A DNA stretch of 64,000 bases from a candidate division FCPU426 bacterium. GTDB taxonomy: Bacteria > Oederibacteriota > PGYV01 > Palsa-1178. Shown here in pieces: positions 29,345-38,246 of the stretch (positions are counted from its first letter, which is position 1; every line of letters starts with the position of its first letter). Under the pieces are notes generated by a model. The model was not told the DNA's origin. It searched no databases and was given only the letters and a program-made list of their open reading frames with translations. The stretch lies in contig CAWIXE010000001.1 of NCBI GenBank assembly GCA_963840035.1, forward strand, positions 1 through 64,000. The letters are read 5' to 3'. Position numbers and translations under genes: made by a program.

Positions 29345-30292
29345 TTAAAATGGCGTATTGGTTACTACGCCCTTGTTTGTGTGTTTAGTGGTAAAACTGT
29401 CAATTGTGCTGTGATACGCCAGAAGAAAATTATACCTTTTCCCAAAAACAAGCTGAACATCGTTCACATCGCCGGTATTAAGCGGATACCGGAACCTGAG
29501 TTCTGTTACCCCGCCAATTTCCGTACCCGAGAGGTTTGTAACATTATTTACACCGCCGATTGTGGTGTCATCCACGTGTGTGTTCCCGGTCCCGGTGTTC
29601 AGGTCATCCCTCACTGTCGCGACTCCGCCAACCACGTTTCCTATCAATATTGAAGCTCCCTGGCCCTTACCAACCGAGGTTGACGTGTTGCCGTGCCATC
29701 CTACCGCTACCCACCCTGTGCCTGTCGCGCTCAATATGATGTCCGCGACAGTGCCGCAATTGATGATTTTATACTGGAATACAACCCCGGCCGTAGTCAA
29801 TGTCTTGTACCCGGTGTCTGTCGCGCAAGGCAGGGGCGTCAGAGTTATCGTAACTGTCGGGCTCACTGACGCGGTCTGCGTTATGGTCTTAGTTGACGTA
29901 ACTGTGCGCGTTTCTGTCACAGTCCTTGTTGCTGACGGCGTGCTGCTTAAAGTATGCGTAAGTGTTATGGTAAAAGTCGGCGACACTGTGAATGTGAGCG
30001 TCTCAGTCGGCGAATCAGTCGGCGTGCCCGCGTAAAATGTTTCCGTGGGCGTAGCCGTATATGTCCTTGTCCTTGTGGCTGTTTTTGAAGGCGTTGCTGA
30101 GCTTGTCGCGGTTGGCGGCAATGGGGTCATGGTGATTGTGGCTGTAGGCGAAACCGTCGCCGTGTCAGCAATTGTTTTTGTGGCGGCAGGCAGAGGCGCT
30201 GACGGATTTTTCAGGTCCTTGCAGCCGTTTACCGAAAAAATAAATACAGCTATTAGGGCAGTAAAAAACAACTTCAGTTTTATGTTTTTCAT
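29345..30292 (-). CDS. Lipoprotein with long T/P linker and C-terminal DOMON domain
   Basis: VNGC lipobox, Thr-rich linker, TGWVAVGW..ILIG..TELRFRYPLNTGD..KH. Confidence 0.8.
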   Translation of the reverse strand: MKNIKLKLFFTALIAVFIFSVNGCKDLKNPSAPLPAATKTIADTATVSPTATITMTPLPPTATSSATPSKTATRTRTYTATPTETFYAGTPTDSPTETLTFTVSPTFTITLTHTLSSTPSATRTVTETRTVTSTKTITQTASVSPTVTITLTPLPCATDTGYKTLTTAGVVFQYKIINCGTVADIILSATGTGWVAVGWHGNTSTSVGKGQGASILIGNVVGGVATVRDDLNTGTGNTHVDDTTIGGVNNVTNLSGTEIGGVTELRFRYPLNTGDVNDVQLVFGKRYNFLLAYHSTIDSFTTKHTNKGVVTNTPF

Positions 30293-30886
30293 TTAAAATC
30301 TCCTTTCAATCATAAGCCCGGAATATTCCGGAGATATCACCGGCTTTAACATGGCTTCCTGCTTAAAGACTCCATGGGTAAAAAACAGATCCACCACCGT
30401 ATACACCGCCATTGTCCCTGCAGCCCCGATTGCGAGGGTCTCAAACATCATGGCGTTATACGCTTCCCTCTGTTTTGCCATAAGCCGCTCATAGTTTTCC
30501 CGCGTGGTGCCGTTTATTTCAGCGTACATGGCGTTATAGCCGCTTTCTGTCCTGTTCTCGTACACATACATATATCCCGCAGCCCCGCATAGCGCCAGGT
30601 CCAGCCCGCACAACAGCACGGGCGCCCATTCAAAAGGTTTTTCAGGTTTTGCTTTTTCAAGCGCGGTTACGGCCGCAGGGGCTGCTTTTTTTTCAAGGGC
30701 CATTATGAAGGCGTATAACTTCTTTGACGGTTGTTCCTTGTACGCTTTTATATAATACGACAAAGCTTCCGCCCAGTTCTGGGATCTGTATGCCGCGTTG
30801 CCTTTTGTCACATCCTCTTTATAATCCGCGTATAAAGGTGCGCATGAAAGCGCCGCGGCGATTGCCAAAGTAAATATGAACCTCAT
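30293..30886 (-). CDS. Secreted/membrane protein with N-terminal TPR-like helices
   Basis: Signal peptide; GNAAY..WAEALSYYIKA; two hydrophobic segments; terminal F. Confidence 0.6.
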   Translation of the reverse strand: MRFIFTLAIAAALSCAPLYADYKEDVTKGNAAYRSQNWAEALSYYIKAYKEQPSKKLYAFIMALEKKAAPAAVTALEKAKPEKPFEWAPVLLCGLDLALCGAAGYMYVYENRTESGYNAMYAEINGTTRENYERLMAKQREAYNAMMFETLAIGAAGTMAVYTVVDLFFTHGVFKQEAMLKPVISPEYSGLMIERRF

Positions 30887-30904
30887 ATAAAACCTCCGCT
30901 TTTA

Positions 30905-31444
30905 TTATAGTGTTATCTGTGTTATTCCCCTGTCATCGTGGTAAGCCGTAGTGTCGTCTGACGAACAGTAAGCCGTAAAAAGGTAATACTGCTGCCCCTC
31001 AATAAGGGCCATATCATTTGTGTCGCCTGAATTAAGCGGTATAGTGAAGTGTATTTCCGTTGCCCCGCCGGTTTCCGTGCCTGTTATATTTGAAATATCC
31101 TGCTGGGAGTCCGGGGTATGGGGAAGGATGGACATATTTTCGTCTGTTGCATGAGCCACCCCTGACCCGTCAACATATCCGATTATAAGATTGCCCGCGC
31201 CGCCGTGGTTTGTGGCTCCGCTGCCAAATGCCACAGCGACCCATCCGGCCGCCGGCGCGATCATAACGCAGTCAAGGTTTGAACCGTTTACCTTCCACTT
31301 GAAAGTAACTGACGCGGCTGATGCCTGTTTAAATGTGACTCCTGGTCCTGTACCGGGCTCGTAGGGTTTTTCTATGCACGAGGCACTGTAAAGCCATGCC
31401 AAAAGCAAGCACGACATCAAAAACATTTTTTGTAATCTGACCAT
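30905..31444 (-). CDS. DOMON-domain lipoprotein
   Basis: SASC lipobox-like motif; GWVAVAF..LIIGYV..TEIHFTIPLNSGD..YHDDRG. Confidence 0.8.
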   Translation of the reverse strand: MVRLQKMFLMSCLLLAWLYSASCIEKPYEPGTGPGVTFKQASAASVTFKWKVNGSNLDCVMIAPAAGWVAVAFGSGATNHGGAGNLIIGYVDGSGVAHATDENMSILPHTPDSQQDISNITGTETGGATEIHFTIPLNSGDTNDMALIEGQQYYLFTAYCSSDDTTAYHDDRGITQITL

Positions 31445-31502
31445 AAACCCTCCTTACAGCCTTATAATTTTATAATATTCTTAATACTACCTTTTCAGTA
31501 GC

Positions 31503-31531
31503 ATTATAGCAGACAAAAACCGTTTTGTCAA
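31503..31531 (-). promoter_or_regulatory. Consensus sigma-70 promoter of the DOMON operon
   Basis: TTGACA-N17-TATAAT. Confidence 0.8.
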
Positions 31532-31549
31532 TTTAGGCCGGGATTTTTT

Positions 31550-31643
31550 TAGAAAATAAAATAGCGGGCGGCAATAAGGGGGTTTGGGGGGAGGGGTTTA
31601 GGGGTGCCGCCCGCTATTATTTATTCAACTCTGTGGTATTTCA
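31550..31643 (-). ncRNA. Putative sigma-54-dependent small RNA with C-rich loop
   Basis: Starts ~12 nt below a -24/-12 promoter and ends in the hairpin AATAGCGGGCGGCA..TGCCGCCCGCTATT plus a T-tract; no ORF. Confidence 0.55.
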
Positions 31644-31653
31644 CCTTTTAATA

Positions 31654-31669
31654 AGCAATATGTGTGCCG
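31654..31669 (-). promoter_or_regulatory. Sigma-54 (-24/-12) promoter
   Basis: CGGCAC-ACATA-TTGCT with exact GG-N10-GC spacing; candidate enhancer sites TGTATCAATTATGACAC and TGTCACATTTTTGATA at 31741-31776. Confidence 0.65.
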
Positions 31670-31781
31670 CGCGTTCAAAAAAAATAACACTTTAATAACA
31701 AGCTTTTTATGGAACTCAACTTTTTATAAACATTGCCATTTGTATCAATTATGACACAGCTGTCACATTTTTGATATTACT

Positions 31782-32264
31782 TTATATGAATAGTACCTGG
31801 CCGCCTTCGGCATTGGCAATGAATGTGGCCACTCCTACTATGTCTGTCACTTCATCAATCAGGTCGGCTTTTGTAACGCCCATGACGTTCATGGCCATCT
31901 CGCAGGCGTAAATCTTCGCGCCCAGCGCTATGGTATCCTGGAGCATTCCTTCCACATCCTTGATGTTCTTTGACTTCATTATCATCTTCATGAGCTCCGG
32001 GCCCATACCGCCAAAGTTGAACTTTGAAAGGGGCAGGTTGTTCCTTCCGCCCATCATTACATTGAAAGCCTTCTGAAGGAAAGAACCGGTTCCGGGCCTG
32101 CGCCCTTTTCTTTTTTTCAGGATATTAAGCCCCCAAAATGTAAAAAACAGGTTCACTTCATAATCAAAAGCCTTTCCTCCGCTTGCCAGTACCATTGCAG
32201 CGAGTGCCTTGTCAAAATCGCCTGAAAAACAGATGATCGAGAGTTTCTTTGTTTCTTCAGCCAT
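31782..32264 (-). CDS. DsrE2/DrsH-like sulfur-relay (peroxiredoxin-family) protein
   Basis: FSGDFDKA, FFTFWGLNIL, LPLSKFNFGGMG, YACEMAMNVMG, VGVATF. Confidence 0.9.
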   Translation of the reverse strand: MAEETKKLSIICFSGDFDKALAAMVLASGGKAFDYEVNLFFTFWGLNILKKRKGRRPGTGSFLQKAFNVMMGGRNNLPLSKFNFGGMGPELMKMIMKSKNIKDVEGMLQDTIALGAKIYACEMAMNVMGVTKADLIDEVTDIVGVATFIANAEGGQVLFI

Positions 32265-32360
32265 AAAACACCTCCTATAATAAAGTTTCATCTTCCATTC
32301 CCCTCCCCTTATTCATAAGGGGAGGGCCAGGGTGGGGATACTCCCCCGCCTTGCCCTGTT

Positions 32361-32681
32361 CTAAAACGTCACTACCTTATCGCTTTCCTTTATTATCTCA
32401 TGCAGGTCTTTCATCGTTGAAAGAGGGCATAGTTCCGTGCCGTTAGACCCGCGCTGTTTCAAGCAGGTACCGCAGGCGTATATCTTTCCGCCCTTTGATA
32501 CGAGTTCATTCATCTGTTCCTTTATTTTAAACTTTTCGCTGTCTAACGACTCACACTCCACGCCTTTTGCCAGCAGGAAAACCTTTACCGTATCCCCGTC
32601 TTTCAGCGAAAAATTCCCGAGCCTGAATGCGTTCCAGACCGTTTCCGCGTCCGTGGAATAGATGACAATGCCTAATTTCAT
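32361..32681 (-). CDS. DsrE/DsrF family protein
   Basis: WNAFRLGNF, FLLAKGVE, YACGTCLKQR, CPLSTMKDL. Confidence 0.9.
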   Translation of the reverse strand: MKLGIVIYSTDAETVWNAFRLGNFSLKDGDTVKVFLLAKGVECESLDSEKFKIKEQMNELVSKGGKIYACGTCLKQRGSNGTELCPLSTMKDLHEIIKESDKVVTF

Positions 32682-32705
32682 AACCGCTCCTTTTTAGTTG
32701 CTTTC

Positions 32706-32730
32706 GTAGGGGCGAGCCGGCGGCTCGCCC
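32706..32730 (+). repeat. GTAG-REP
   Basis: gtaggggcgagccggcggctcgccc; near-identical copy inside hdrA at 34868. Confidence 0.85.
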
Positions 32731-32740
32731 GGCCCTTGAA

Positions 32741-33922
32741 TCAGACTTTACTTAACGATTCCTTTAACTTCCCGATAAGTTCGTAAACGAACAGCGCGTG
32801 CATCCTGTAAAAAACATGCGCCAATTTTGTAAAGGCTATCATGACCACCACCTGCATGGCCGGCGCCACATGTATGATGAATAAAATGTCGGCAAGCTCC
32901 TGGTTTACCGGCGGCATGTATACCAGCACCGTGAGTATAAATCCTGTCAGCCCGACAAACCAAAGTGTAAGGATAAGCCACCAGTCCGAAAATGTTGAAT
33001 TCGCGTAATTAACCTCTTTTGCCGCTATCCTTTTGCCTATGATTATTGATGAACCGTATAGCATCATAATCCCGGATATGATTCCCAGCATCCTGATCGG
33101 ATACCATACTGCCACTTTTATGGCGGGGTCCTTGAAGAGGAAATTCAGCGCTGTTGCCGCGAATAATCCCATGAATCCCCATGCGACAGAGCCATGCAGT
33201 ATCCACGGTTTAAGATACCACGGCATTTCCTTTTTTTCCTCATCGCATTCCCTGAAGCGCTTGAAAGCGAACATCTCGTTGATGACCGAGTCAAATGCCG
33301 TCTTAATGAACTGCCATGTGAAGATGGCTGTTTTCTTTTGGTTCTTCCCTTCTTTATAAATGGCAAATATCTTCTGTATCTCCCCGGCGCGCAGGGTTAT
33401 TATCAGCATGCCTGCCAGGAGCGTAATGGCAGCAACTGCCATAACCGCGATTCCGAACCAGTGTATGAATTCATAAGGGATATTGAATATTTCTATTACT
33501 TTTTCGCCTGTCCTTGACTGTATCCTGGCGCCATACATAAAAAGCCCGAACAGGACAGCCATGGCAGTCATAATAATGAAGTTCAAGACCGGGAACTTGT
33601 ATAAAAGCTTTGATATGCCGGTTACATCGGCGTTGGCAATGGCATAGCGCCTGGCAGCGGCCATGAAAGCCCCGGGTTTTGCCTCCCTTGGGCATGTCTT
33701 GGAGCACTCGCCGCAATAATAACACAGCCATGTGCCTTTTGCCGTCAACACGGCTTTTTTATCGCCGATGGCCGCGCGCCTGATTAGATGCCTGGGAAAG
33801 GGAGAGTCAGCCTTAGCCAGCGGGCATACGGCCGTGCAGTTGCCGCAGTTAAAGCAGGCGGTAACGTCAAAAGCGCCGTATTTTTTTATGTCCTTTATAA
33901 GCCCGGGGTTGACTTTAACCAT
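32741..33922 (-). CDS. QmoC/HdrC-like 2x[4Fe-4S] protein fused to a cytochrome-b-type membrane domain
   Basis: CFNCGNCTAVCP and CYYCGECSKTCP, about 6 TM segments, His in ILHGS, IIHVA and KLAHVFYR. Confidence 0.85.
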   Translation of the reverse strand: MVKVNPGLIKDIKKYGAFDVTACFNCGNCTAVCPLAKADSPFPRHLIRRAAIGDKKAVLTAKGTWLCYYCGECSKTCPREAKPGAFMAAARRYAIANADVTGISKLLYKFPVLNFIIMTAMAVLFGLFMYGARIQSRTGEKVIEIFNIPYEFIHWFGIAVMAVAAITLLAGMLIITLRAGEIQKIFAIYKEGKNQKKTAIFTWQFIKTAFDSVINEMFAFKRFRECDEEKKEMPWYLKPWILHGSVAWGFMGLFAATALNFLFKDPAIKVAVWYPIRMLGIISGIMMLYGSSIIIGKRIAAKEVNYANSTFSDWWLILTLWFVGLTGFILTVLVYMPPVNQELADILFIIHVAPAMQVVVMIAFTKLAHVFYRMHALFVYELIGKLKESLSKV

Positions 33923-34196
33923 TTTTCTCATCCTTCAGCCCGTATTTTTTAAATCCGTCCTCATCGCCTGTTATCACGGCATCCCCGTACTTTCTCATGG
34001 CATTTACGAACCACAGCACATCATGCGCCGCGACTTTTGTAGCGTCAGATATCTCAGGAACGCTTTTCGGCCCTTCTTTCAGGGTCTTCTTTATGGCAGA
34101 GATGGAAGTATTGCAGAACCTGATCCATTCCGTCAGTTCCCTGGGTACGGGGCCGTGCTTCTCTTTGAACTTTTTTATGGCTTCAATGCCTTTCAT
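33915..34196 (-). CDS. Small winged-HTH protein inside the hdr cluster
   Basis: LKEGPKSVPEISDATKV..VLWFVNAMRKYG; overlaps the next start. Confidence 0.7.
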   Translation of the reverse strand: MKGIEAIKKFKEKHGPVPRELTEWIRFCNTSISAIKKTLKEGPKSVPEISDATKVAAHDVLWFVNAMRKYGDAVITGDEDGFKKYGLKDEKNG

Positions 34197-34290
34197 TTAA
34201 TTCTCCTGTGTGAGAATACCTTCTGTTTAGTTCAGGCTACAAAGCCCAGAGCCCAAATCTTCCTTGAGCTATGAACTTTGGGCTCTGGGC

Positions 34291-36348
34291 TCAACTTTTG
34301 ACTATCTCATCAACCACTTTTTCGAATTGAGAAATCTCATACCCCTGCACGTCAATAGCCCTTTCAGGGCACACAGCCACGCAGTTTCCGCACGAGATGC
34401 ACAGCATTGGGTTGACTTCCGCTTTTTTAATGGCTTCATTTATATATATGGCGCCTTTGGCGGGGCATACTTTCACGCACTCGCCGTGGCATTTGCATTT
34501 TTCCTTATCAACAACCGCTATGTATGGCTCCAGTTGGACGCTTCCCGCTTCAAGTATGGACGCGGCCTTTACCGCGGCAGCGCCGGCTACGGCGGTTGTT
34601 TCCGCGGTATCAAATGGCGCCTGGCATGTGCCTGCCAGGAATATCCCTCCGATGGCTGTTTCCACCGGCCTTAATTTCGGATGTACTTCCTGCAGGAACC
34701 TGTCTGCTGAAAGCGGCATCTTGAACTTATCCGCGATTGCTCCGGGATTTCCGGGCATCATGCCCGTTGCCAGTACCAGCAGGTCCATCTCCACTTCAAT
34801 TTCCTCACCGCCGGTCAAAAGGTCTTTCATCTTTACTATTACTTTTTTATCAGACTGTTCTGCCTTCGTAGGGGCGAGCCGGTGGCTCGCCCGGCCTTCA
34901 ATTTTTTTCACATCAACCAGCGTCACTTCAGGCAGTTCAGTCGGGCTGTACCTGAAAAACGTAACGCCATTCCTTGATGCCTTATCATAATATTTCAGTT
35001 CCGTATCCCTTGCATATGTCCTTATGTCCTGGTAAAAGCTGTATATGTCTATATCCTTATATCTCTCTTTTAATTCATTCTCAGCCTGCAGGGTTGCAGT
35101 GCAGCACACGCGCGAGCAGTGCGCGTTTAAGCGCCTCTCCGGCCCGGGCCTTTTTGCGCCTTCCAATTCCCTGGACCCGACGCAATGCATGAACCCTATT
35201 GACCTTACTTTCCTGCCGTTAATTTCAACTTTTCCGGCAGTGGGCCCTTCCTTATCAAGCATCCTGATGAGCTGCGGCAGTGTTATAACGTTCTTCGCGC
35301 CGTAGCCAAATTCCGTTTCAGCCGGTTCATAATGCGTGTATCCCGTAGCCACAACGGCCACTCCCGCATCAACATCAATTATTTCTTCCTTCTTTTCCAG
35401 GTCTATCTTTCCCTTAACCGCTTCCGCGCATTTTCCGCATTTATCGCATTTTGCCCAGTCAATAGCAGGCAGGTTCGGGTAAGCTGTTTTATATGGCATG
35501 TAAATGGCTTTTCTTTTGCTTATGCCATAATTGAACTCATCCCTTACTTCCACAGGGCACGCGGCCGCGGCCGCCTTAAACTCAGCCTCGGACATCATGG
35601 CTGTGACCCCCCGCGATACCTGCCTTAACTTTACCTTGAAATTACCTATGCCGCCGCCCGCGTCTATTACTTCGGTATTTGTAAGCAGGCGCACATTCTC
35701 ATTATTTTCTATGAGTTCATTGAGTTTGCCTATCACTTCCCTGGCGTCTTCCTCTGTCGGGTAAAGTTTGTCCGCCTTTGAGGCGTTGCCGCCCGTGAAC
35801 GGTGTTTTTTCTATGAGAAATACTTTGCTCCCGCGCCGGGCCATGTCGGATGCGGCGCGCAGTCCCGCCGGTCCCGCGCCTATTACTATTCCTGAAGGAA
35901 GCGATTTTATCTCTATCATGTCAAGCGGTTTGGCGAGCTTGACTTTCTCCACAGCCCCCCTTGTGAGCCTTATGGCCTTTTCAGTGGCGCCTTCGTGGTC
36001 CATCTTGTGAACCCAGCTGGCCTGTTCCCTGATATTTACCTGTTCAAGGAGGAACTGGTTTAACCCGCCTGCGATTAACGCCCTCCTGAAAGTAAGCTCA
36101 TGTAGCCTTGGTGAGCATGCCGCCACTACCACGCGGTTAATCTTGCCTTCTTTTATGGCGTCCTTTATCTTCTGCTGTCCGGGGTCTGAGCACATGAATA
36201 TATAATCCGTGGATAGGGTTACTCCCGGTATTTTTCCGATCTCCTCGGCGACACGCTTGACGTCAATGACATCGGATATGTTGCCGCCGCAGTGGCAGAC
36301 GTAGACTCCTACTCTGGGCGAATCTGCTTTCGTTTCTGTATCGGTCAT
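34291..36348 (-). CDS. hdrA: Heterodisulfide reductase subunit A-like flavoprotein (QmoB-like, no fused MvhD)
   Basis: VGVYVCHCGGNI, MCS, ACSPRLHE, NIREQ, GAGPAG, CVGSR..CSRVCC, HPKLRPVET, two C-terminal ferredoxin motifs; start moved to ATG 36348. Confidence 0.9.
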   Translation of the reverse strand: MTDTETKADSPRVGVYVCHCGGNISDVIDVKRVAEEIGKIPGVTLSTDYIFMCSDPGQQKIKDAIKEGKINRVVVAACSPRLHELTFRRALIAGGLNQFLLEQVNIREQASWVHKMDHEGATEKAIRLTRGAVEKVKLAKPLDMIEIKSLPSGIVIGAGPAGLRAASDMARRGSKVFLIEKTPFTGGNASKADKLYPTEEDAREVIGKLNELIENNENVRLLTNTEVIDAGGGIGNFKVKLRQVSRGVTAMMSEAEFKAAAAACPVEVRDEFNYGISKRKAIYMPYKTAYPNLPAIDWAKCDKCGKCAEAVKGKIDLEKKEEIIDVDAGVAVVATGYTHYEPAETEFGYGAKNVITLPQLIRMLDKEGPTAGKVEINGRKVRSIGFMHCVGSRELEGAKRPGPERRLNAHCSRVCCTATLQAENELKERYKDIDIYSFYQDIRTYARDTELKYYDKASRNGVTFFRYSPTELPEVTLVDVKKIEGRASHRLAPTKAEQSDKKVIVKMKDLLTGGEEIEVEMDLLVLATGMMPGNPGAIADKFKMPLSADRFLQEVHPKLRPVETAIGGIFLAGTCQAPFDTAETTAVAGAAAVKAASILEAGSVQLEPYIAVVDKEKCKCHGECVKVCPAKGAIYINEAIKKAEVNPMLCISCGNCVAVCPERAIDVQGYEISQFEKVVDEIVKS

Positions 36349-36405
36349 GCTATACACCTTTCGATTGTAGCCACAAATCCCAAAGCCCATAGCCCAAGGA
36401 AATAC

Positions 36406-37710
36406 TCACCCTTGAGCTTTGGGCTCTGTTCTCTGGGCTTTGCTTGTGTAATTCGCTGCGTTCATCGCGGCCGCTCCTGCTTCCGCTATGGTGTCCACTA
36501 TGTCCTTGGGCCCGCCTGCGACCCCTGCGAAATATATGCCTTCCACATTTGTGGCCGTGGGGTCGTACTTCATCTTTTCCTGTTTTATAAATCCATATTC
36601 ATCAACCGTCACGTCCGATATCTTTGATGGGTTCATTTCCGGCAATATGCCGTTTGCCATTATGACAAGGTCGTGCTTTACGGCAACCGGCGCGCCTGTC
36701 GTCTCTATCTCTTCGATTTTCATTTCAATATTGCCTTCCGCGTCTTCAGCCATCTTGGCTACCTTCGCCTTTACGAACTTTATGCCCATTGCCTCGGCAT
36801 TCCTGTAAAACTGCTCATAGCCTTTGCCGAAAGCCCTGATGTCCATGTAGTAAAGGGTAATATCGCATAATGGCAGCGCGCCTGATAAAAGCATGGCCTG
36901 CTTTATGGAATACATGCAGCACACGCGCGAGCAGTAGGGCATGTTAAGCGACTTGTCCCTGGAATGGGCGCATAGTACAAAAGCCACATTTTCAGGGGCC
37001 TTGCCGTCAGAAGGCCTCATGACTGAACCAAACGGGCCGCTCGGCGCCAGTAGCCTTTCCATCTGGAAAGCCGTAATGATGTTTTTCTGGGTCCCGTCCG
37101 AGTATTCCTTCTTTGTATTTATATCCGTGAGTTTAAATCCCGGGGCCATAATAACTGACCCGGCATTAACTGTAATTTCTTCCGGTTCCTGGTCAAAATT
37201 AATGGATTTGGGTTCTGTGGGGCAAACGTCGTAGCATTTGCCGCACTGCATGCATGTCTTGGAATCGAGTACAGCCACCTGCGGTATGGCTGTTGTAAAC
37301 GGGATGCATACGGCCTTGCGCGCGCCGGTCCCGCGTTCAAACTCATGCTTAACATATACAGGGCATACTTCCTCGCATTTTTTGCAGCCTATGCAGTATT
37401 TTTCATCCACATATCGCGGCTTTTTAAGAATCTTAACCGCAAACTCATCGCCCTCCTTTTTTACCCCGATTACCTCCGCGTAGGTCATGATGTCGATATT
37501 ATCGTTATGTGAAGCTTCAGACATTTTAGGTGTTGTAATGCATGACGAACAGTCAAGCGTGGGGAATACTTTTGAAAGGGCTATCATGTTCCCGCCTATG
37601 GAGGCTTCCTTTTCCACGAGCAGGACCTTATACCCCTGGCTTGCCAGGTTAAGGGCCGATTCCATGCCCGCGATGCCGGCGCCCACGACTATTGAATGAT
37701 ATTTTTTCAT
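36406..37710 (-). CDS. hdrA: Second, shorter HdrA-like flavoprotein (QmoA-like)
   Basis: GAGIAG, KVFPTLDCSSC, CIGCKKC and CMQCGKC, YCSRVCCMY, GPKDI; ATG 37710 overlaps the mvhD-like stop. Confidence 0.9.
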   Translation of the reverse strand: MKKYHSIVVGAGIAGMESALNLASQGYKVLLVEKEASIGGNMIALSKVFPTLDCSSCITTPKMSEASHNDNIDIMTYAEVIGVKKEGDEFAVKILKKPRYVDEKYCIGCKKCEEVCPVYVKHEFERGTGARKAVCIPFTTAIPQVAVLDSKTCMQCGKCYDVCPTEPKSINFDQEPEEITVNAGSVIMAPGFKLTDINTKKEYSDGTQKNIITAFQMERLLAPSGPFGSVMRPSDGKAPENVAFVLCAHSRDKSLNMPYCSRVCCMYSIKQAMLLSGALPLCDITLYYMDIRAFGKGYEQFYRNAEAMGIKFVKAKVAKMAEDAEGNIEMKIEEIETTGAPVAVKHDLVIMANGILPEMNPSKISDVTVDEYGFIKQEKMKYDPTATNVEGIYFAGVAGGPKDIVDTIAEAGAAAMNAANYTSKAQRTEPKAQG

Positions 37711-38129
37711 AAACGGCCTTCCTGCTTTTCTTTTGTGATGAAATCCGACATGTTGTTTATCTCTTTTAAAAGCGCGTTGGTACAAACGGAGCATATGGCG
37801 GTAAGCCGCAGCCTTTTTACGCTTATCTTTTTTTCTGTAAGTATGGCGTGCGCTTTTTTCACGTTATCCGACAGCTGTTTGTAGGAGTCTTCAATGGGAC
37901 AGTCAGCCCCGGCTGCCGCGATTATGATGCCGTCTATGCCTTTTTCAAGGGAATCTATATAAAAGTAAGGCGGAAAAATCCCGGGATAAAGGGCTTTTAT
38001 TACATATACCCCGGCAGGGTAATTCAGATGCAGCTGTCCCAGCGCGTCAGTGGCAAGGTAGGAACTGCGCGCCATGGTTATAAGCAGGATCTTCACTTTG
38101 GGTGCTGTTTTTACAGTGGTTGCTTCCAA
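37707..38129 (-). CDS. MvhD/FlpD-like hydrogenase iron-sulfur subunit, divergent
   Basis: Y..D..GQ..L.YP, KGIDGIII, ADCP, RLRLTAICSVC; TTG start; several canonical Cys absent. Confidence 0.75.
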   Translation of the reverse strand: MEATTVKTAPKVKILLITMARSSYLATDALGQLHLNYPAGVYVIKALYPGIFPPYFYIDSLEKGIDGIIIAAAGADCPIEDSYKQLSDNVKKAHAILTEKKISVKRLRLTAICSVCTNALLKEINNMSDFITKEKQEGRL

Positions 38130-38144
38130 TTCTTATCTCCGTTT

Positions 38145-38243
38145 ATCACAAATCCCAAATCACATATCCCAAATTGGGCCTAAAATCAATCGTAAACCAC
38201 AATTCCCGTTTTCCTTTGGGATTTGTGATATGGGATTTGTGAT
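38145..38243. repeat. Heptamer-periodic inverted-repeat element
   Basis: atcacaaatcccaaatcacatatcccaaa..tttgggatttgtgatatgggatttgtgat; the loop shares ccacaattccc with the 13761 copy. Confidence 0.85.
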
Positions 38244-38246
38244 TGA

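Noticed and set aside
32298..32340. Hairpin CCCTCCCCTTA..TAAGGGGAGGG as a distinct ncRNA
   Set aside because: Single short palindrome between dsrE genes with no promoter; more likely another minor repeat or stabilising stem.
32741..37710. Dissimilatory sulfate reduction or methanogenesis marker
   Set aside because: No aprAB, dsrAB, sat, hdrB or mcr in the window; HdrA-like genes alone do not establish either pathway.
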